Below are positions 32,020 through 42,641 of a DNA stretch of 64,000 bases, one piece after another (position 1 is the stretch's first letter; each line of letters opens with the position of its first letter). Source of the DNA: an uncultured Pseudomonadales bacterium. Lineage in GTDB: Bacteria > Patescibacteriota > Microgenomatia > UBA1400 > MFAQ01. The stretch is from NCBI GenBank assembly GCA_964487665.1, contig CAZARR010000005.1:100-64099 (forward strand), written 5' to 3'. The notes beneath the pieces are model-generated. The model was not told the origin of the DNA and made no database searches. It worked only from the letters and a program-made list of their open reading frames with translations. Made by a program: the position numbers and the translations under genes.

Positions 32020-33777
32020 ATGATTCCTGCCCAGGATAATTTGCTTACGGAGTTGGTTCGAGCAGGGTTGTTGGATCAGCAGTTGGCGGAGCAAATAAAA
32101 ATAGAGTTGGCCAGAGGTGGGCGTACCGTGGAGGAGTTGGTAAAGGAAAAAGGTGTGACTGATGAGCAGCTAGTAAAAGTAAAAGCTGAGATGATGGGGG
32201 TTCCGAGTTTTGACGAAAGAATGGTTTCAATGAACCCTGAGGCACTGAATTTAGTACCAAGAGCTTTGGCGGAAAGGATGTTGATTTTCCCGATTACTTT
32301 TGACAGGCAAAGAAATGAGATGGGTGTGGCGATGGTGGACCCCAATGATGTAAAGACAATCGAGTTCTTGACAACAAAGGTGGGTATGAAAATTAAGCCA
32401 TATATGGCTACAAACAGACAAGTAGAAGACTTGATTAATGAAAAGTATTCTCAAGGGTTATCAGGGGATATTTCGGATGTACTTAGAGGAAGTAAGGAAA
32501 ATATTAACAAGGCCAAAGGGGGAGTTTCGGTCGTCTCATCTGACGAGCAGGTAATAAAACAGCCGACTGTTGTTCAGGTGGTGACGAGAATCCTCGAACA
32601 TGCAGTGCGCTCGCGAGCCAGTGATATTCACATTGAGCCTCAGGAGAATCGTATAAGAGTGAGATATCGAATAGATGGAATTTTACAGGAACGTTTGGAG
32701 TTGCCAAAAGATTTGCATGCGGCGGTCATTTCAAGAATAAAGATCCTTTCGGGGATGAAGATTGACGAAAAAAGAATTCCTCAGGACGGCCGTTTCACTT
32801 TTAGTTTGGATGATCGGGATATTGATTTGCGTATTTCTTCGCTGCCCACTATTCACGGAGAAAAAATTGTTATGCGTTTGCTGGATAAGTCTTCGAATGT
32901 GCCCAGTTTACAGGATTTGGGACTTCGAGGGGTGGCATTGAAAAATTTGGAGATGGCGATCGCAGTTCCCCATGGTATAGTGTTGATTACTGGTCCTACT
33001 GGTTCAGGAAAGACGACGACGCTTTATTCTTTGCTTACAAAAATAAACACGTCAAAGGTAAATATCGTAACCTTGGAGGACCCTGTCGAATATCAAATGC
33101 CAGGGGTAAACCAGGTCCAGGTAAACCCACAGGCTGGGTTAACCTTTGCCTCTGGACTACGGTCATTTTTGAGGCAGGATCCAAATATAATAATGGTCGG
33201 TGAAATCCGAGACGAAGAAACTGCAGATTTGGCTATTCAAGCATCACTTACTGGCCATTTAGTTTTTTCGACTGTTCATACTAATTCGGCTGCTGGAGCA
33301 CTTCCCCGTTTGATAGATATGAAGGCTGAACCTTTTTTGTTGGCAAGTTCGATAACTGCGATTGTCGGCCAGCGCGTTGTAGGGAAAATTTGTCCGACAT
33401 GCAGAGAGTCATATGTTCCCGAGCCGGCAGTAGTTCAGGATATTAAAAATACCTTGGGGAGCATGTATGACTCATGGGTCAACGCAAACCAAGAAAAAAA
33501 CATGCCTGCTCAGAAAAATGGTGCTGAATTTTTGCTATATCGAGGTAAGGGCTGCGAAGAATGTGACAATGTTGGTTATCTGGGCCGAATCGGTATTTAT
33601 GAGGTGTTGATGGTAAATGAAAAAATAGGTAAATTGATAATGGAGCGTTCGGACGCCGACAACATTGAGAAGACCGCCGTTAGCGACGGAATGGTATTAA
33701 TGAAACAGGATGGGTATTTGAAGGTGTTAGAAGGAATTAGTACTATTGAAGAAGTTTTAAGAGTGGCACAAATATGA
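32020..33777 (+). CDS. pilB: type IV pilus assembly ATPase PilB (GspE family)
   Basis: N-terminal GSPII_E N domain. Walker A LITGPTGSGKTTTLYS. Tetracysteine CPTC ... CEEC. The track ORF starts at 31951; likely start M at 32020. Confidence 0.9.
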   Translation: MIPAQDNLLTELVRAGLLDQQLAEQIKIELARGGRTVEELVKEKGVTDEQLVKVKAEMMGVPSFDERMVSMNPEALNLVPRALAERMLIFPITFDRQRNEMGVAMVDPNDVKTIEFLTTKVGMKIKPYMATNRQVEDLINEKYSQGLSGDISDVLRGSKENINKAKGGVSVVSSDEQVIKQPTVVQVVTRILEHAVRSRASDIHIEPQENRIRVRYRIDGILQERLELPKDLHAAVISRIKILSGMKIDEKRIPQDGRFTFSLDDRDIDLRISSLPTIHGEKIVMRLLDKSSNVPSLQDLGLRGVALKNLEMAIAVPHGIVLITGPTGSGKTTTLYSLLTKINTSKVNIVTLEDPVEYQMPGVNQVQVNPQAGLTFASGLRSFLRQDPNIIMVGEIRDEETADLAIQASLTGHLVFSTVHTNSAAGALPRLIDMKAEPFLLASSITAIVGQRVVGKICPTCRESYVPEPAVVQDIKNTLGSMYDSWVNANQEKNMPAQKNGAEFLLYRGKGCEECDNVGYLGRIGIYEVLMVNEKIGKLIMERSDADNIEKTAVSDGMVLMKQDGYLKVLEGISTIEEVLRVAQI

Positions 33778-34835
33778 CAGGATCAGTAATTACCCTATTA
33801 AAGAAAACAGTAGAACTAATGGGTTCTGATCTGCACATCTTGGTTGGATCGCTTCCAACTTTTAGGTTGAATGGAAAGTTAGTAAGTTGGGAGGAGGGTT
33901 CGGTGACGGAGATTGAAGATGTCGAAAGGTGGATAGGTGAGATCGTCAACGCAGAACAAAAAGAACGATTATTGAAGGAAAAAGAAATTGACCTGTCTTT
34001 TGATTTGCCCGGCGTTGCTAGATTTAGAGTGAATATTTATACCCAAAAGGGCACATACGCCATGGCATTTCGGGTGGTACCAAAGTTAATTAGATCAGTT
34101 GATGACTGGGGTTTACCGTCAATATGTCACAAATTTGCCCAATTGAGACAAGGTTTTATTTTAGTGGTAGGGCCAACGGGGCACGGTAAGAGTACCACCT
34201 TGGCATCGATCATTGAGGAAATAAACCAAAACAGATATGAACACATAATTTCGGTTGAAGACCCAATCGAATTTGTTTATGAAAGCAAAAAGTCAATTAT
34301 TTCACAGCGTGAGTTAGGTGGAGATACAAACTCGTGGGGTGTGGCCCTAAAAAGTGTCTTGCGTGAGGACCCTGATGTGGTACTTGTTGGTGAGATGAGA
34401 GACCCAGATACGATGGCTGCGGCAATTACTTTGGCCGAAACAGGCCATCTAGTATTTGCTACTTTACATACCAACTCGGCCTCGCAGACGGTAGATCGAA
34501 TCATCGACAGCTTTCCTGAGCATCAACAAGATCAAGTTAGAACACAACTGGCTTCAACATTAGAGGCCGTGCTATCGCAAAGACTTGTTCCCACCCTAGA
34601 CGGCAAAAGGGCGGTGGCTACAGAAGTATTGGTAGCAACACCCGCCGTTAGAAATTCGATTCGAGAAAGTAAGGTTCACCAGATTGATAACATTATCAGC
34701 ACCAGTGGCGAGTTCGGAATGTATTTACTCGAGAATTCACTGGCGGAACTTGTTGGTAAAGGATTGCTTGACCCACAAGTGGCAAACACCTACGCGGTTC
34801 GACCGACCGTACTAAGTCGATTGCTTTCGAAATGA
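33774..34835 (+). CDS. pilT: twitching motility/retraction ATPase PilT
   Basis: ILVVGPTGHGKSTTLAS Walker A. LVFATLHTNSASQTVDRII. 353 aa, typical PilT length. Confidence 0.9.
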   Translation: MTGSVITLLKKTVELMGSDLHILVGSLPTFRLNGKLVSWEEGSVTEIEDVERWIGEIVNAEQKERLLKEKEIDLSFDLPGVARFRVNIYTQKGTYAMAFRVVPKLIRSVDDWGLPSICHKFAQLRQGFILVVGPTGHGKSTTLASIIEEINQNRYEHIISVEDPIEFVYESKKSIISQRELGGDTNSWGVALKSVLREDPDVVLVGEMRDPDTMAAAITLAETGHLVFATLHTNSASQTVDRIIDSFPEHQQDQVRTQLASTLEAVLSQRLVPTLDGKRAVATEVLVATPAVRNSIRESKVHQIDNIISTSGEFGMYLLENSLAELVGKGLLDPQVANTYAVRPTVLSRLLSK

Positions 34836-36034
34836 AGATATTTCATTACAAGGTATCGGGTAAAGAAAATCAAATTTCTGCTGGTGAGCTTGAAGCAAAC
34901 GATTTGAATCAGGCTGCGGCAATATTGATAAGTCAAAAGTTTACTATTTTGTCTCTATCTGAAGCCGCACCCGATATAGTTTCGGAGTTGAGTGCCAGGT
35001 TTAGTAAGCCCAAACTAGAGGACGTTAGCAACTTTACCAGGCAGCTATCGACTATGGTGGTATCTGGCTTGTCAATAGTCGAAGCTCTAAAAATTTTGTC
35101 CGATCAGGCAAAACCAGCCATGGCTAAAGTAATTAGGCAAGTGGGAGACGAAGTAAGTGGTGGACGAAGTTTGGCCGAGAGCATGGAAAAATTTCCTGCG
35201 GTGTTTAGTCGAGTTTATGTGGCCCTAGTCCGCGCTGGTGAGTCAGCGGGTGTACTGGACAAAGTGCTGTTGAAGTTGGCGGATACATTGGAAAAGCAAC
35301 GAGAATTTAGAGGGAAGACAAAAGGGGCAATGATCTATCCCATTATCGTTGTTTTGGGGATGGTGGGAGTGGGTTTTGTGATGATGATATTTGTGGTACC
35401 AAAAATGACAGCAATGTATCAGGACTTTGGGGCCGATTTACCTGTGCCTACAAAAATTTTAATTGGTGTAAGTAATTTTTTTGTAGGGTATTGGCCAGTT
35501 GCTTTGGCTTTGATGGTAGGAGTTGTTTGGGGGTTACGAAAGTGGGCTAAGACTGATGTGGGTGGGTTAATTATCGAAAAGGCAATGTTCAAGATGCCGA
35601 TAATTGGACCTCTTCAGTTCACGATAATTCTCACTGACTTTGCTCGAACAATGGGTCTTTTGCTTACCGCGGGTATTTCCGTGCTCGAGGGATTGAGAAT
35701 CGTAGCTGACACCATGAGTAGCCGGGTATTCCGCGACGGAGTATATGAGGCTGCAGAGCATGTGGAAAAGGGGTTGAGTATGTCAGAATCGTTGTCACGA
35801 AGCACAAAATTTCCAAGGATTTTGGGACAGATGGTAGCCGTTGGCGAACAGACTGGAAAGGTAGATGAGACTTTATCGAAACTGGCCACGTTCTATGAGC
35901 AAGAGACAGAGATAAAAGTTAAGGCATTAACCACAGCAGTTGAGCCTTTGATTATGTTGGTTTTGGGAATTGGGGTGGCTTTTATGGTATTTGCAGTGGT
36001 AATGCCGATATATAACTTGACAAGTAAGTTTTGA
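34832..36034 (+). CDS. pilC: type IV pilus inner-membrane platform protein PilC (GspF family)
   Basis: Two GspF repeats, 3 TM segments, 400 aa. Confidence 0.9.
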   Translation: MKIFHYKVSGKENQISAGELEANDLNQAAAILISQKFTILSLSEAAPDIVSELSARFSKPKLEDVSNFTRQLSTMVVSGLSIVEALKILSDQAKPAMAKVIRQVGDEVSGGRSLAESMEKFPAVFSRVYVALVRAGESAGVLDKVLLKLADTLEKQREFRGKTKGAMIYPIIVVLGMVGVGFVMMIFVVPKMTAMYQDFGADLPVPTKILIGVSNFFVGYWPVALALMVGVVWGLRKWAKTDVGGLIIEKAMFKMPIIGPLQFTIILTDFARTMGLLLTAGISVLEGLRIVADTMSSRVFRDGVYEAAEHVEKGLSMSESLSRSTKFPRILGQMVAVGEQTGKVDETLSKLATFYEQETEIKVKALTTAVEPLIMLVLGIGVAFMVFAVVMPIYNLTSKF

Positions 36035-36080
36035 TCTATCATATTGATATCTATTGCCCAGAAGGGTTACAAATTAACAA

Positions 36081-36695
36081 ATGTTTAAACAACAAATGAA
36101 GAGAAGCACAAAAGCTTTTACAATGATCGAGCTGCTGATAGTTATTGGTGTTTTAGGCATCTTGGCGGTTGGGGTACTTGCTGCTGTAGATCCGTTTGAA
36201 CAGCTAAAGAAGGCAAGGGATACAAACACCCGGTCTTCTGCGTTGGCCTTACAAACTGCGTTTGTTAGATACTACGCTACCCATGGTGAATTGCCTTGGG
36301 ATAACCTAGGTACGGGAGACTGCTTGGCCTTGTTTGGCGCTGCAAATAGAAATGCAAGTGCTATTCCAACCGGCGTTGCTGCTGACGATGAGACAAATCA
36401 TATGACTGGATCCGCCACGTCGTGTATTTCGTTGCTCGAGGCGGATGGGGAGTTAAAAAGTAATTTTGTTGAGGCTCTTGGTGGAGCCGCGGCAAGTATG
36501 TGGATAAACTCGCCAACGAGAGCTCATGTTTCCGTTTGTTTTGCCCCCCAAAGTCGGTCAATATTTGCCGAGGAAAATACGAAATTTGATCAGGCAGGGG
36601 TCGACCAAACAACCGCGCAAACAGTGGCCTGTACGACAGCTTTGAAGGCAGCTGGAACTAGTGCGATTGGTACTTGTTTTTACTGTGCGATGTAG
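36081..36695 (+). CDS. type IV pilin (prepilin-type N-terminal cleavage/methylation domain), probable major pilin
   Basis: Leader MFKQQMKRSTKA then FTMIELLIVIGVLGILAVGV (class III signal, E5). C-terminal cysteines. First pilin gene after pilC. Confidence 0.75.
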   Translation: MFKQQMKRSTKAFTMIELLIVIGVLGILAVGVLAAVDPFEQLKKARDTNTRSSALALQTAFVRYYATHGELPWDNLGTGDCLALFGAANRNASAIPTGVAADDETNHMTGSATSCISLLEADGELKSNFVEALGGAAASMWINSPTRAHVSVCFAPQSRSIFAEENTKFDQAGVDQTTAQTVACTTALKAAGTSAIGTCFYCAM

Positions 36696-36777
36696 GGTTG
36701 CCGAGTTAATACGAAATAAAACAGAGGGGTGAGAGCCCCTCTTTTTGGTTTATAAAGTTTCGCCTATACTATGAATA

Positions 36778-37578
36778 ATGATTTTGCTAATTGGAGTTGT
36801 GTTTGTTTTTGGGCTAGTGTGGGGTAGTTTTTTAAACGTGGTGATCTATAGGACTGCGAAAGGATTGTCCCCTCTTTCGGGAAGGTCAGTGTGCACAAAA
36901 TGCAAGAAACAGATTGGTTGGCGATACAACATCCCTTTGATTTCTTTTCTGTTGCTAGGTGGACGATGTCACTATTGTAGAACCAAAATTAGCTGGCAAT
37001 ATCCGATTGTAGAATTGGTGACGGGATTACTATTCGTGTGGTGGTTTCTGGGCGGACGGGTATTTTTTCAGCTGGTAGGGTCTCCTTGGCAATTAATTCA
37101 GCCCCTCTATTGGCTAGTCGTTGGTATGTTGCTTTTGGGTATCGTAGTTAGTGATTTACGCTTTGGTATAATTCCTGACGCTGTCAATTTGTCTTTGTTT
37201 ACTATAAGTTTATTTTATCGGATTTTATTGTTGTGGGGTGGAAAGTTTAGTCGTGTGGATTTTATTAATATGATAATTGCGGCTGTTGTGGTTGGTTTAT
37301 TTTTTGTTCTCCTTTGGCGAATAACAAAGCAAAGGGGTATGGGTTTGGGAGATGTAAAACTGTCCCCCAGCATGGCTTTGGTCCTGGGTTGGCCCGGAGT
37401 TTTGGTGGGTTTTTTTGTTTCGTTTGTTTCGGGGGCAGTACTGGGGCTGGGTCTAATAATACTTAAAAAAAAACGGTTTGGCCAAACCTTACCATTCGGG
37501 CCATTTCTAGTTTTTGGCATGACTGTTGCCTTACTTTGGGGTGAGCGGCTATGGGGCTGGTACATGACGCTTATGTGA
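36778..37578 (+). CDS. pilD: prepilin peptidase/N-methyltransferase PilD (A24 family)
   Basis: CxxC ... CxxC zinc motif (CTKCKKQI ... CHYCRTKI). Polytopic membrane. Catalytic Asp-containing loops. Confidence 0.85.
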   Translation: MILLIGVVFVFGLVWGSFLNVVIYRTAKGLSPLSGRSVCTKCKKQIGWRYNIPLISFLLLGGRCHYCRTKISWQYPIVELVTGLLFVWWFLGGRVFFQLVGSPWQLIQPLYWLVVGMLLLGIVVSDLRFGIIPDAVNLSLFTISLFYRILLLWGGKFSRVDFINMIIAAVVVGLFFVLLWRITKQRGMGLGDVKLSPSMALVLGWPGVLVGFFVSFVSGAVLGLGLIILKKKRFGQTLPFGPFLVFGMTVALLWGERLWGWYMTLM

Positions 37579-37590
37579 TATGCTGGTAGT

Positions 37591-38187
37591 GTGACTGGAT
37601 CTCATAGAGGTTTTACCATGGTGGAGATTTTAGTAGTGATAGGAATAATCGGTATACTATCGTCAATTGGGTTGGGAGCATTTGTGACCAGCCAGAAACG
37701 GAGTAGAGATGTACGTAGAAAATCAAATCTGGCCCAAATTGCTCGAGCATTGGAGTTGTATCAGAATGATTATTCAATTTATCCTAGTTCCGATGAAAAT
37801 GGAAATATTGTCGGTTGTGTCGACAGTCCGGATGGGTTCCCGGTAGCTTGTGCGTGGGACGGGCAACACGGATTTTCTACATATATCAACGGACAGAAAA
37901 CTACATATATGCCAATTTTACCCAGTGACCCAAACAGCTTGCTTAGATATAAATATCAAGTTTCGGTAGACCGAAAAAGTTATGTATTGATGTCGGTTTT
38001 GGAAGTGACTCAGGATAAGGACTATTTTAGTGATATTCCAATATGCGGGCTAAATGGTGGAGAGACCTGCCAGTGTAACAGCTCTGGGTCTTCGGTTGTG
38101 TGTAATTATCAATTGACCGAAGCAGGGGTATTATCCCCATCGGTCTCCCCTAGCCCGCCCCAGGGCGGCGGACCAGGATTTGAATAA
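37591..38187 (+). CDS. pilin-like protein (prepilin-type N-terminal domain)
   Basis: G|FTMVEILVVIGIIGIL class III signal sequence. Confidence 0.7.
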   Translation: MTGSHRGFTMVEILVVIGIIGILSSIGLGAFVTSQKRSRDVRRKSNLAQIARALELYQNDYSIYPSSDENGNIVGCVDSPDGFPVACAWDGQHGFSTYINGQKTTYMPILPSDPNSLLRYKYQVSVDRKSYVLMSVLEVTQDKDYFSDIPICGLNGGETCQCNSSGSSVVCNYQLTEAGVLSPSVSPSPPQGGGPGFE

Positions 38188-38192
38188 TTTAA

Positions 38193-38630
38193 ATGGATAT
38201 TAAAAAAATTGGCAAAGATAAAGGATTCACGTTAATTGAGTTGTTGGTGGTGATTGGAATTGTTGGAGTATTAACTTCACTTGTGGCTTTTAATTTTCAG
38301 CAGGCGCGACAACGGGCGCGTGATACACAAAGAAAGTTCGAATTAAAGCAGCTACAAAACGCTTTGGAGCTGTACAAAAATGATCAGAATCCTCAGGCGT
38401 TTCCAGAGAATCTAAGTTCTCTAGTGTCGACCTACATTAAGGAATTGCCCCGTGACCCAATTGAAAAAAGTTCGCCCGGTTCTTGGGAAGATTATCAATA
38501 TCTACGAACAAGTTCACTCGAGTACATCTTGAAAGCGTGTTTAGAAAATGCCGGTGACCCGCATTTACCGGCTAACCCGGATGGTTGTGCATCAGATAAG
38601 GGTAAATATTATTTACTAACGCAACCATGA
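38193..38630 (+). CDS. pilin-like protein (prepilin-type N-terminal domain)
   Basis: G|FTLIELLVVIGIVGVL. Confidence 0.7.
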   Translation: MDIKKIGKDKGFTLIELLVVIGIVGVLTSLVAFNFQQARQRARDTQRKFELKQLQNALELYKNDQNPQAFPENLSSLVSTYIKELPRDPIEKSSPGSWEDYQYLRTSSLEYILKACLENAGDPHLPANPDGCASDKGKYYLLTQP

Positions 38631-39031
38631 AAAAAAATACTGGTTTTACTTTACTAGAATTATTGGTGGTTATTGGCATAATTGCAGTGATTATAGGTAT
38701 GGGAATAGTTAGTTATTCAGCTACCCAAAAGAGAGGTAGAGATGCAAAGCGAAAAGCTGATTTGGTGGCTATTCAAGCAGCTTTGGAGCAATATTACAGT
38801 CAAAATAGTTACGTTTATCCGAGTACTTGTACTGATGCCGCTAGCTTTTTGGCCACTGCTTGGCCAGTGGACCCTAGTGGTGCAGACTACGTAGGAACTT
38901 GTTCTAGCACAGGATATTGTTTGTGTACTCCAATCTTGTTAGAGGGTGGAAATACTGCCGGGAATTCGAACAACTCATCCTGTGACATGGTTAATTCCGG
39001 ATCCTATTATTGCGTAAAAAATTTACAATGA
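38627..39031 (+). CDS. pilin-like protein (prepilin-type N-terminal domain)
   Basis: G|FTLLELLVVIGIIAVI. Confidence 0.7.
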   Translation: MKKNTGFTLLELLVVIGIIAVIIGMGIVSYSATQKRGRDAKRKADLVAIQAALEQYYSQNSYVYPSTCTDAASFLATAWPVDPSGADYVGTCSSTGYCLCTPILLEGGNTAGNSNNSSCDMVNSGSYYCVKNLQ

Positions 39032-39402
39032 AGCAGCAGAGAGGATTTACGTTCGTAGAGCTATTGGTAGTGATTACGATCATGTCTTTGTTAATGGCGG
39101 CAGCTATTGTTACCTATTCTGGTTCGGTAAAGAGTGCTAGGGATGCTCGCAGAAAGGCTGATATGGAAACAATTCGATCTGCTCTGGAATTGTGTCGAGC
39201 CAAAGATGGAAGTTATCCGGCGAGTGTAGTATCAGGCTCCCCTATTGTTTGTGGGGGCGAAACGGTACTGAGTGTTGTGCCAACTGATCCGCAGGGAGCA
39301 GCACATCCTTATGGATATAGCCGGAGTTCCCCGACTGTGTACACTCTAACTTGTACTTTTGAAGTGATTGGTAATGGAACGTGTTCGTATACACAGCCAT
39401 GA
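39028..39402 (+). CDS. pilin-like protein (prepilin-type N-terminal domain)
   Basis: MKQQRG|FTFVELLVVITIMSLL. Start moved to ATG 39028 (ATGA overlap with the upstream stop). Confidence 0.65.
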   Translation: MKQQRGFTFVELLVVITIMSLLMAAAIVTYSGSVKSARDARRKADMETIRSALELCRAKDGSYPASVVSGSPIVCGGETVLSVVPTDPQGAAHPYGYSRSSPTVYTLTCTFEVIGNGTCSYTQP

Positions 39403-39875
39403 ACAAAGCGTTCACTCTGATCGAATTACTGGTTACTAGTGCGATTATTATGGTAATTATAGGAGGGAGTTTGGTTGCCTATCATAGTTTTTCAGACAGG
39501 CAGCAGGCGCAAGCTGAATCTAAAAATATAGTAGAGCACCTACGTAGAGCTAGGGCAAAGGTTGTTACGGTGGAGGTTCCTCAGGTGATTTCTCTTGTCG
39601 GCCTAAGGGGTTTTGAGGTGACTTTTTCTGAGAATCAGGTGAGTAGCGAATACGTGGCGAACAATGGTACACGCGGTCCCAGTGGTATTTTGCCAGTTGA
39701 GATTGTAGATGGGCGAATTGTATCCACAGGAAGGGTATTTTTTTCAGCTCGGACTGGCATCGCTGATACTGCTACAAATATTGATTATTGTAGAGGAGCA
39801 AATAACCAATACAGAATAACGATTAACAGTAATGGCATCATCGATGATCCAATAGAAACTTACGTGGGATGTTAG
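39399..39875 (+). CDS. minor pilin-like protein (prepilin-type N-terminal domain)
   Basis: MNKA|FTLIELLVTSAIIMVI. Start at ATG 39399 (ATGA overlap). Confidence 0.65.
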   Translation: MNKAFTLIELLVTSAIIMVIIGGSLVAYHSFSDRQQAQAESKNIVEHLRRARAKVVTVEVPQVISLVGLRGFEVTFSENQVSSEYVANNGTRGPSGILPVEIVDGRIVSTGRVFFSARTGIADTATNIDYCRGANNQYRITINSNGIIDDPIETYVGC

Positions 39876-40279
39876 CAAAAGGACAAAAAGGGCAAACGTT
39901 AATCGAATTAATGGCTGCAGTAGCGATATTAGCCGTGGCTGTGGTCGGTTTGTTGTCGGTATTGACGGTATCGCTGAAGACAGGTAGAGTGTCTCAGGAT
40001 CGAGGGACAGCCACGAGTCTGGCAGAAGCGGAGTTGGAAAGGGTCAGAAATGTGCGAAACTCTGACCCTGTCTCTTTTTTTAGTCCCGCCTCTAGTTTGG
40101 TCACTGAGCCATGCGGATTGGATGTACCTAGTGGTTTTGGTTGTGAAGTTACGTATGAATATGAGGGGGGGTCGCCTCCTATTTATAATGAGGTAAAAGT
40201 AAGTGTTAACGTAAACTGGAGTGAGGCCGGCAATGATGAGCGTGTAATGGTTAGTTCAAACTTAACAAAAAGTGAATAA
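39869..40279 (+). CDS. minor pilin-like protein (PilV-like N-terminus)
   Basis: G|QTLIELMAAVAILAVAVVGL. Confidence 0.6.
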   Translation: MLAKGQKGQTLIELMAAVAILAVAVVGLLSVLTVSLKTGRVSQDRGTATSLAEAELERVRNVRNSDPVSFFSPASSLVTEPCGLDVPSGFGCEVTYEYEGGSPPIYNEVKVSVNVNWSEAGNDERVMVSSNLTKSE

Positions 40280-40811
40280 GTTGAGATTGAGAAAGGTATC
40301 TGGTTTTACCCTAGTTGAGTTAGTAGCGGTGATAAGTATTTTGGGTCTGTTAACTGGTGTAGTAACAATGATGATTTCAAAATCGCTACAAGGTTCGAAG
40401 CGATTAGATTATATTCGTGCGCTGGACAGTGGAAGCAAAATGGTTTTCGATAATATCAACCGTCTGTTCCGGGAAGGTACTATTGAGAGCGTTGTCAATC
40501 TAACTGGGGATGTAAAAGACCGACAGGATTGTTTAACACAAGGTCAAGTTACAGCCAAAACGGCTTTAGTAATAGGTTTGGATGGGAACGAAACTAATTT
40601 ATCTGTTGATCTTGATGGTCGGGTTGCATCGAACTCAGGGGCAATTAGTAGCAGTGACATTTCAATATCTAACTTTCGATTGGTCTGGTCGTGTATGCCG
40701 GCTCAGCCGGATGGAATAGAGATTTCGTTTGATGCGAGTGTGTTAGATGATTCAGGGCTAGTGGTTTATGGACCAAGGAGCTATTTGTATCAGGTAGTGG
40801 CAAGAAATTGA
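40272..40811 (+). CDS. minor pilin-like protein (prepilin-type N-terminal domain)
   Basis: SG|FTLVELVAVISILGLL. Confidence 0.65.
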   Translation: MNKLRLRKVSGFTLVELVAVISILGLLTGVVTMMISKSLQGSKRLDYIRALDSGSKMVFDNINRLFREGTIESVVNLTGDVKDRQDCLTQGQVTAKTALVIGLDGNETNLSVDLDGRVASNSGAISSSDISISNFRLVWSCMPAQPDGIEISFDASVLDDSGLVVYGPRSYLYQVVARN

Positions 40812-40858
40812 AGGTCTCGATAAGTGATAAGAATGAAATTTTGATATAGAATAGAATC

Positions 40859-41632
40859 GTGAGTAAGTCTGCCCAAACTGGTCAAGCTGTGATAGTGATG
40901 ATAATGTTGCTTACCCTTGTGGGAGTTGTGGCGATATCAGCAGCAAGTCGTCTAGTACCGGGTTTTCGTGATCAAGAATCGACCAACGAAAGTATCAAGG
41001 CTTTTAAGGCAGCTGAGACGGCCCTAGAGAAGGCGTTGCTGCAAAAAGGGAGTTTAACAGTGCAGGACGATAGCGGCATTAGCTATAAAGCAACTTATCA
41101 ACCGATAGAGGCTCAATCGTTTGTAACTGGGTCAGTAATTGGAAAAAGCGAAGTAATACAGGTTGAAACGGCAAGTAGTGATCCGAGTAAACCAGTTAGG
41201 GTATATTGGTCGAGTGGAAGTCTGTCGGCTGTCAAACTTGCCGATTATTGGGATGATGGAGTAAATAGTGGAGTGACTTATTATAATTTTGATTGTGATA
41301 ATGTTCGTGCTACTAGCAACAAGTTTTCGTTGGGAGAAGCAGGTGAAGTTCTAAGCGGTATAAGTTTTTCGTGCAAAACTCCACAATTAAATTTGAGCCA
41401 AGGCTCCAAAATGTTGAGGATTACTAATTTTTATGCCGATAGCTACATTGGTATAAATGCACAGTACGATATACCAGCGCAACAAGTGGTAGTCGAGGCA
41501 TTGGGTGTGGTTGGGCCGAATGTTCAGGGTGGCGGCGTGTCTAGAAAAATTAGCTATTCCCAGAGTGCTAACAAGAGGCTCCCCTATCTGTTCGATCATG
41601 CAATATTTACCAGTTCTCAACTAGCACAGTAA
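40859..41632 (+). CDS. PilX-like minor pilin/pilus-associated protein
   Basis: MSKSAQTGQAVIVMIMLLTLVGVVAI hydrophobic N-terminus without E5, as in PilX-type proteins. 257 aa. Confidence 0.45.
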   Translation: MSKSAQTGQAVIVMIMLLTLVGVVAISAASRLVPGFRDQESTNESIKAFKAAETALEKALLQKGSLTVQDDSGISYKATYQPIEAQSFVTGSVIGKSEVIQVETASSDPSKPVRVYWSSGSLSAVKLADYWDDGVNSGVTYYNFDCDNVRATSNKFSLGEAGEVLSGISFSCKTPQLNLSQGSKMLRITNFYADSYIGINAQYDIPAQQVVVEALGVVGPNVQGGGVSRKISYSQSANKRLPYLFDHAIFTSSQLAQ

Positions 41633-41633
41633 T

Positions 41634-42638
41634 ATGGCTGATTTTTTTGCTCTGGATATTGGCAGCACAATTATCAAAGTCGTTGCTTTGAAGGGAAAAA
41701 GGGTTCGGGATATTGGGATGGTACCCAATCCCCTGGGGGTTGTCGGTTGGCAAGTGGGGGCTGAACAAAGGCAGGTGTTGGTAACCGCGATTAAAAGCTT
41801 ACTCAGTAGCCTGCGAATAAAGACGAAAAAAGTGGTTGTTGGTGTTCCGGAGTCCTTGGTATATAGCAAAATAATGTCTTTTCCGGTAATTTCGACAGCC
41901 GAATTGGCATCAGCAATTAGATGGCAGGCCGACCAAGATATTCCGTTGGCTCACGATAAGATGGAATTGTCTTGGGCAATTATTGATAAGCCGGTCAGGA
42001 GGAGTGGAGATGAAAAAATGGATGTGGCGGTGGTCGCCGTGTCAAAGGAAACATCTCAAGGATTGGTAGGTTTGATGGATCTTTGTGGTCTTGAGCCTCT
42101 AAGAGCCGAAAATGACGGAGTAGCTTTGGTACGGTGGGCAAACAGTACGGGAATTGGTGGAAATGTCTTGGTTCTTGATGTCGGTGCTAGTTCAACAAAG
42201 ATGGTATATCTGTCAAATTCAAAAGTACGATTTATTTACCAATACCCAGTGGCTGGATTGGCTTTGACTAGAGCGATAATGCAGGAGTTCGGTTTAAATA
42301 TGTTACAGGCAGAGCAATATAAAGGTGTCTATGGTCTTGACTCTAACCAACTTGAGGGCAGGTTGGCAAAGGCAATGGATCCAGTGCTGAGCACATTGTT
42401 ACTCGAGATTTCAAAAATTATTGCTACATTTGGTGCGGATACAAAGACAGCCATAGAGAGGGTGGTGGTGGTGGGTGGTTCGGGATATACAAAATCAATA
42501 CTTCCTAAATTTTCAGAAAAAATTGGTTTGGAGGTGGTGGTTGCTGATGTGTTCGCCGGATATGAGTTGGACAGTCAGATCGCAAACTATTCCTTGGGTT
42601 TTGCTGTTGCTTTGGGGTTGGCAATTGATGAACGATAA
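41634..42638 (+). CDS. pilM: type IV pilus assembly protein PilM (actin-like ATPase fold)
   Basis: FALDIGSTIIKVV N-terminal phosphate-1 motif. VLDVGASSTKMV phosphate-2. 334 aa. Confidence 0.8.
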   Translation: MADFFALDIGSTIIKVVALKGKRVRDIGMVPNPLGVVGWQVGAEQRQVLVTAIKSLLSSLRIKTKKVVVGVPESLVYSKIMSFPVISTAELASAIRWQADQDIPLAHDKMELSWAIIDKPVRRSGDEKMDVAVVAVSKETSQGLVGLMDLCGLEPLRAENDGVALVRWANSTGIGGNVLVLDVGASSTKMVYLSNSKVRFIYQYPVAGLALTRAIMQEFGLNMLQAEQYKGVYGLDSNQLEGRLAKAMDPVLSTLLLEISKIIATFGADTKTAIERVVVVGGSGYTKSILPKFSEKIGLEVVVADVFAGYELDSQIANYSLGFAVALGLAIDER

Positions 42639-42641
42639 ACC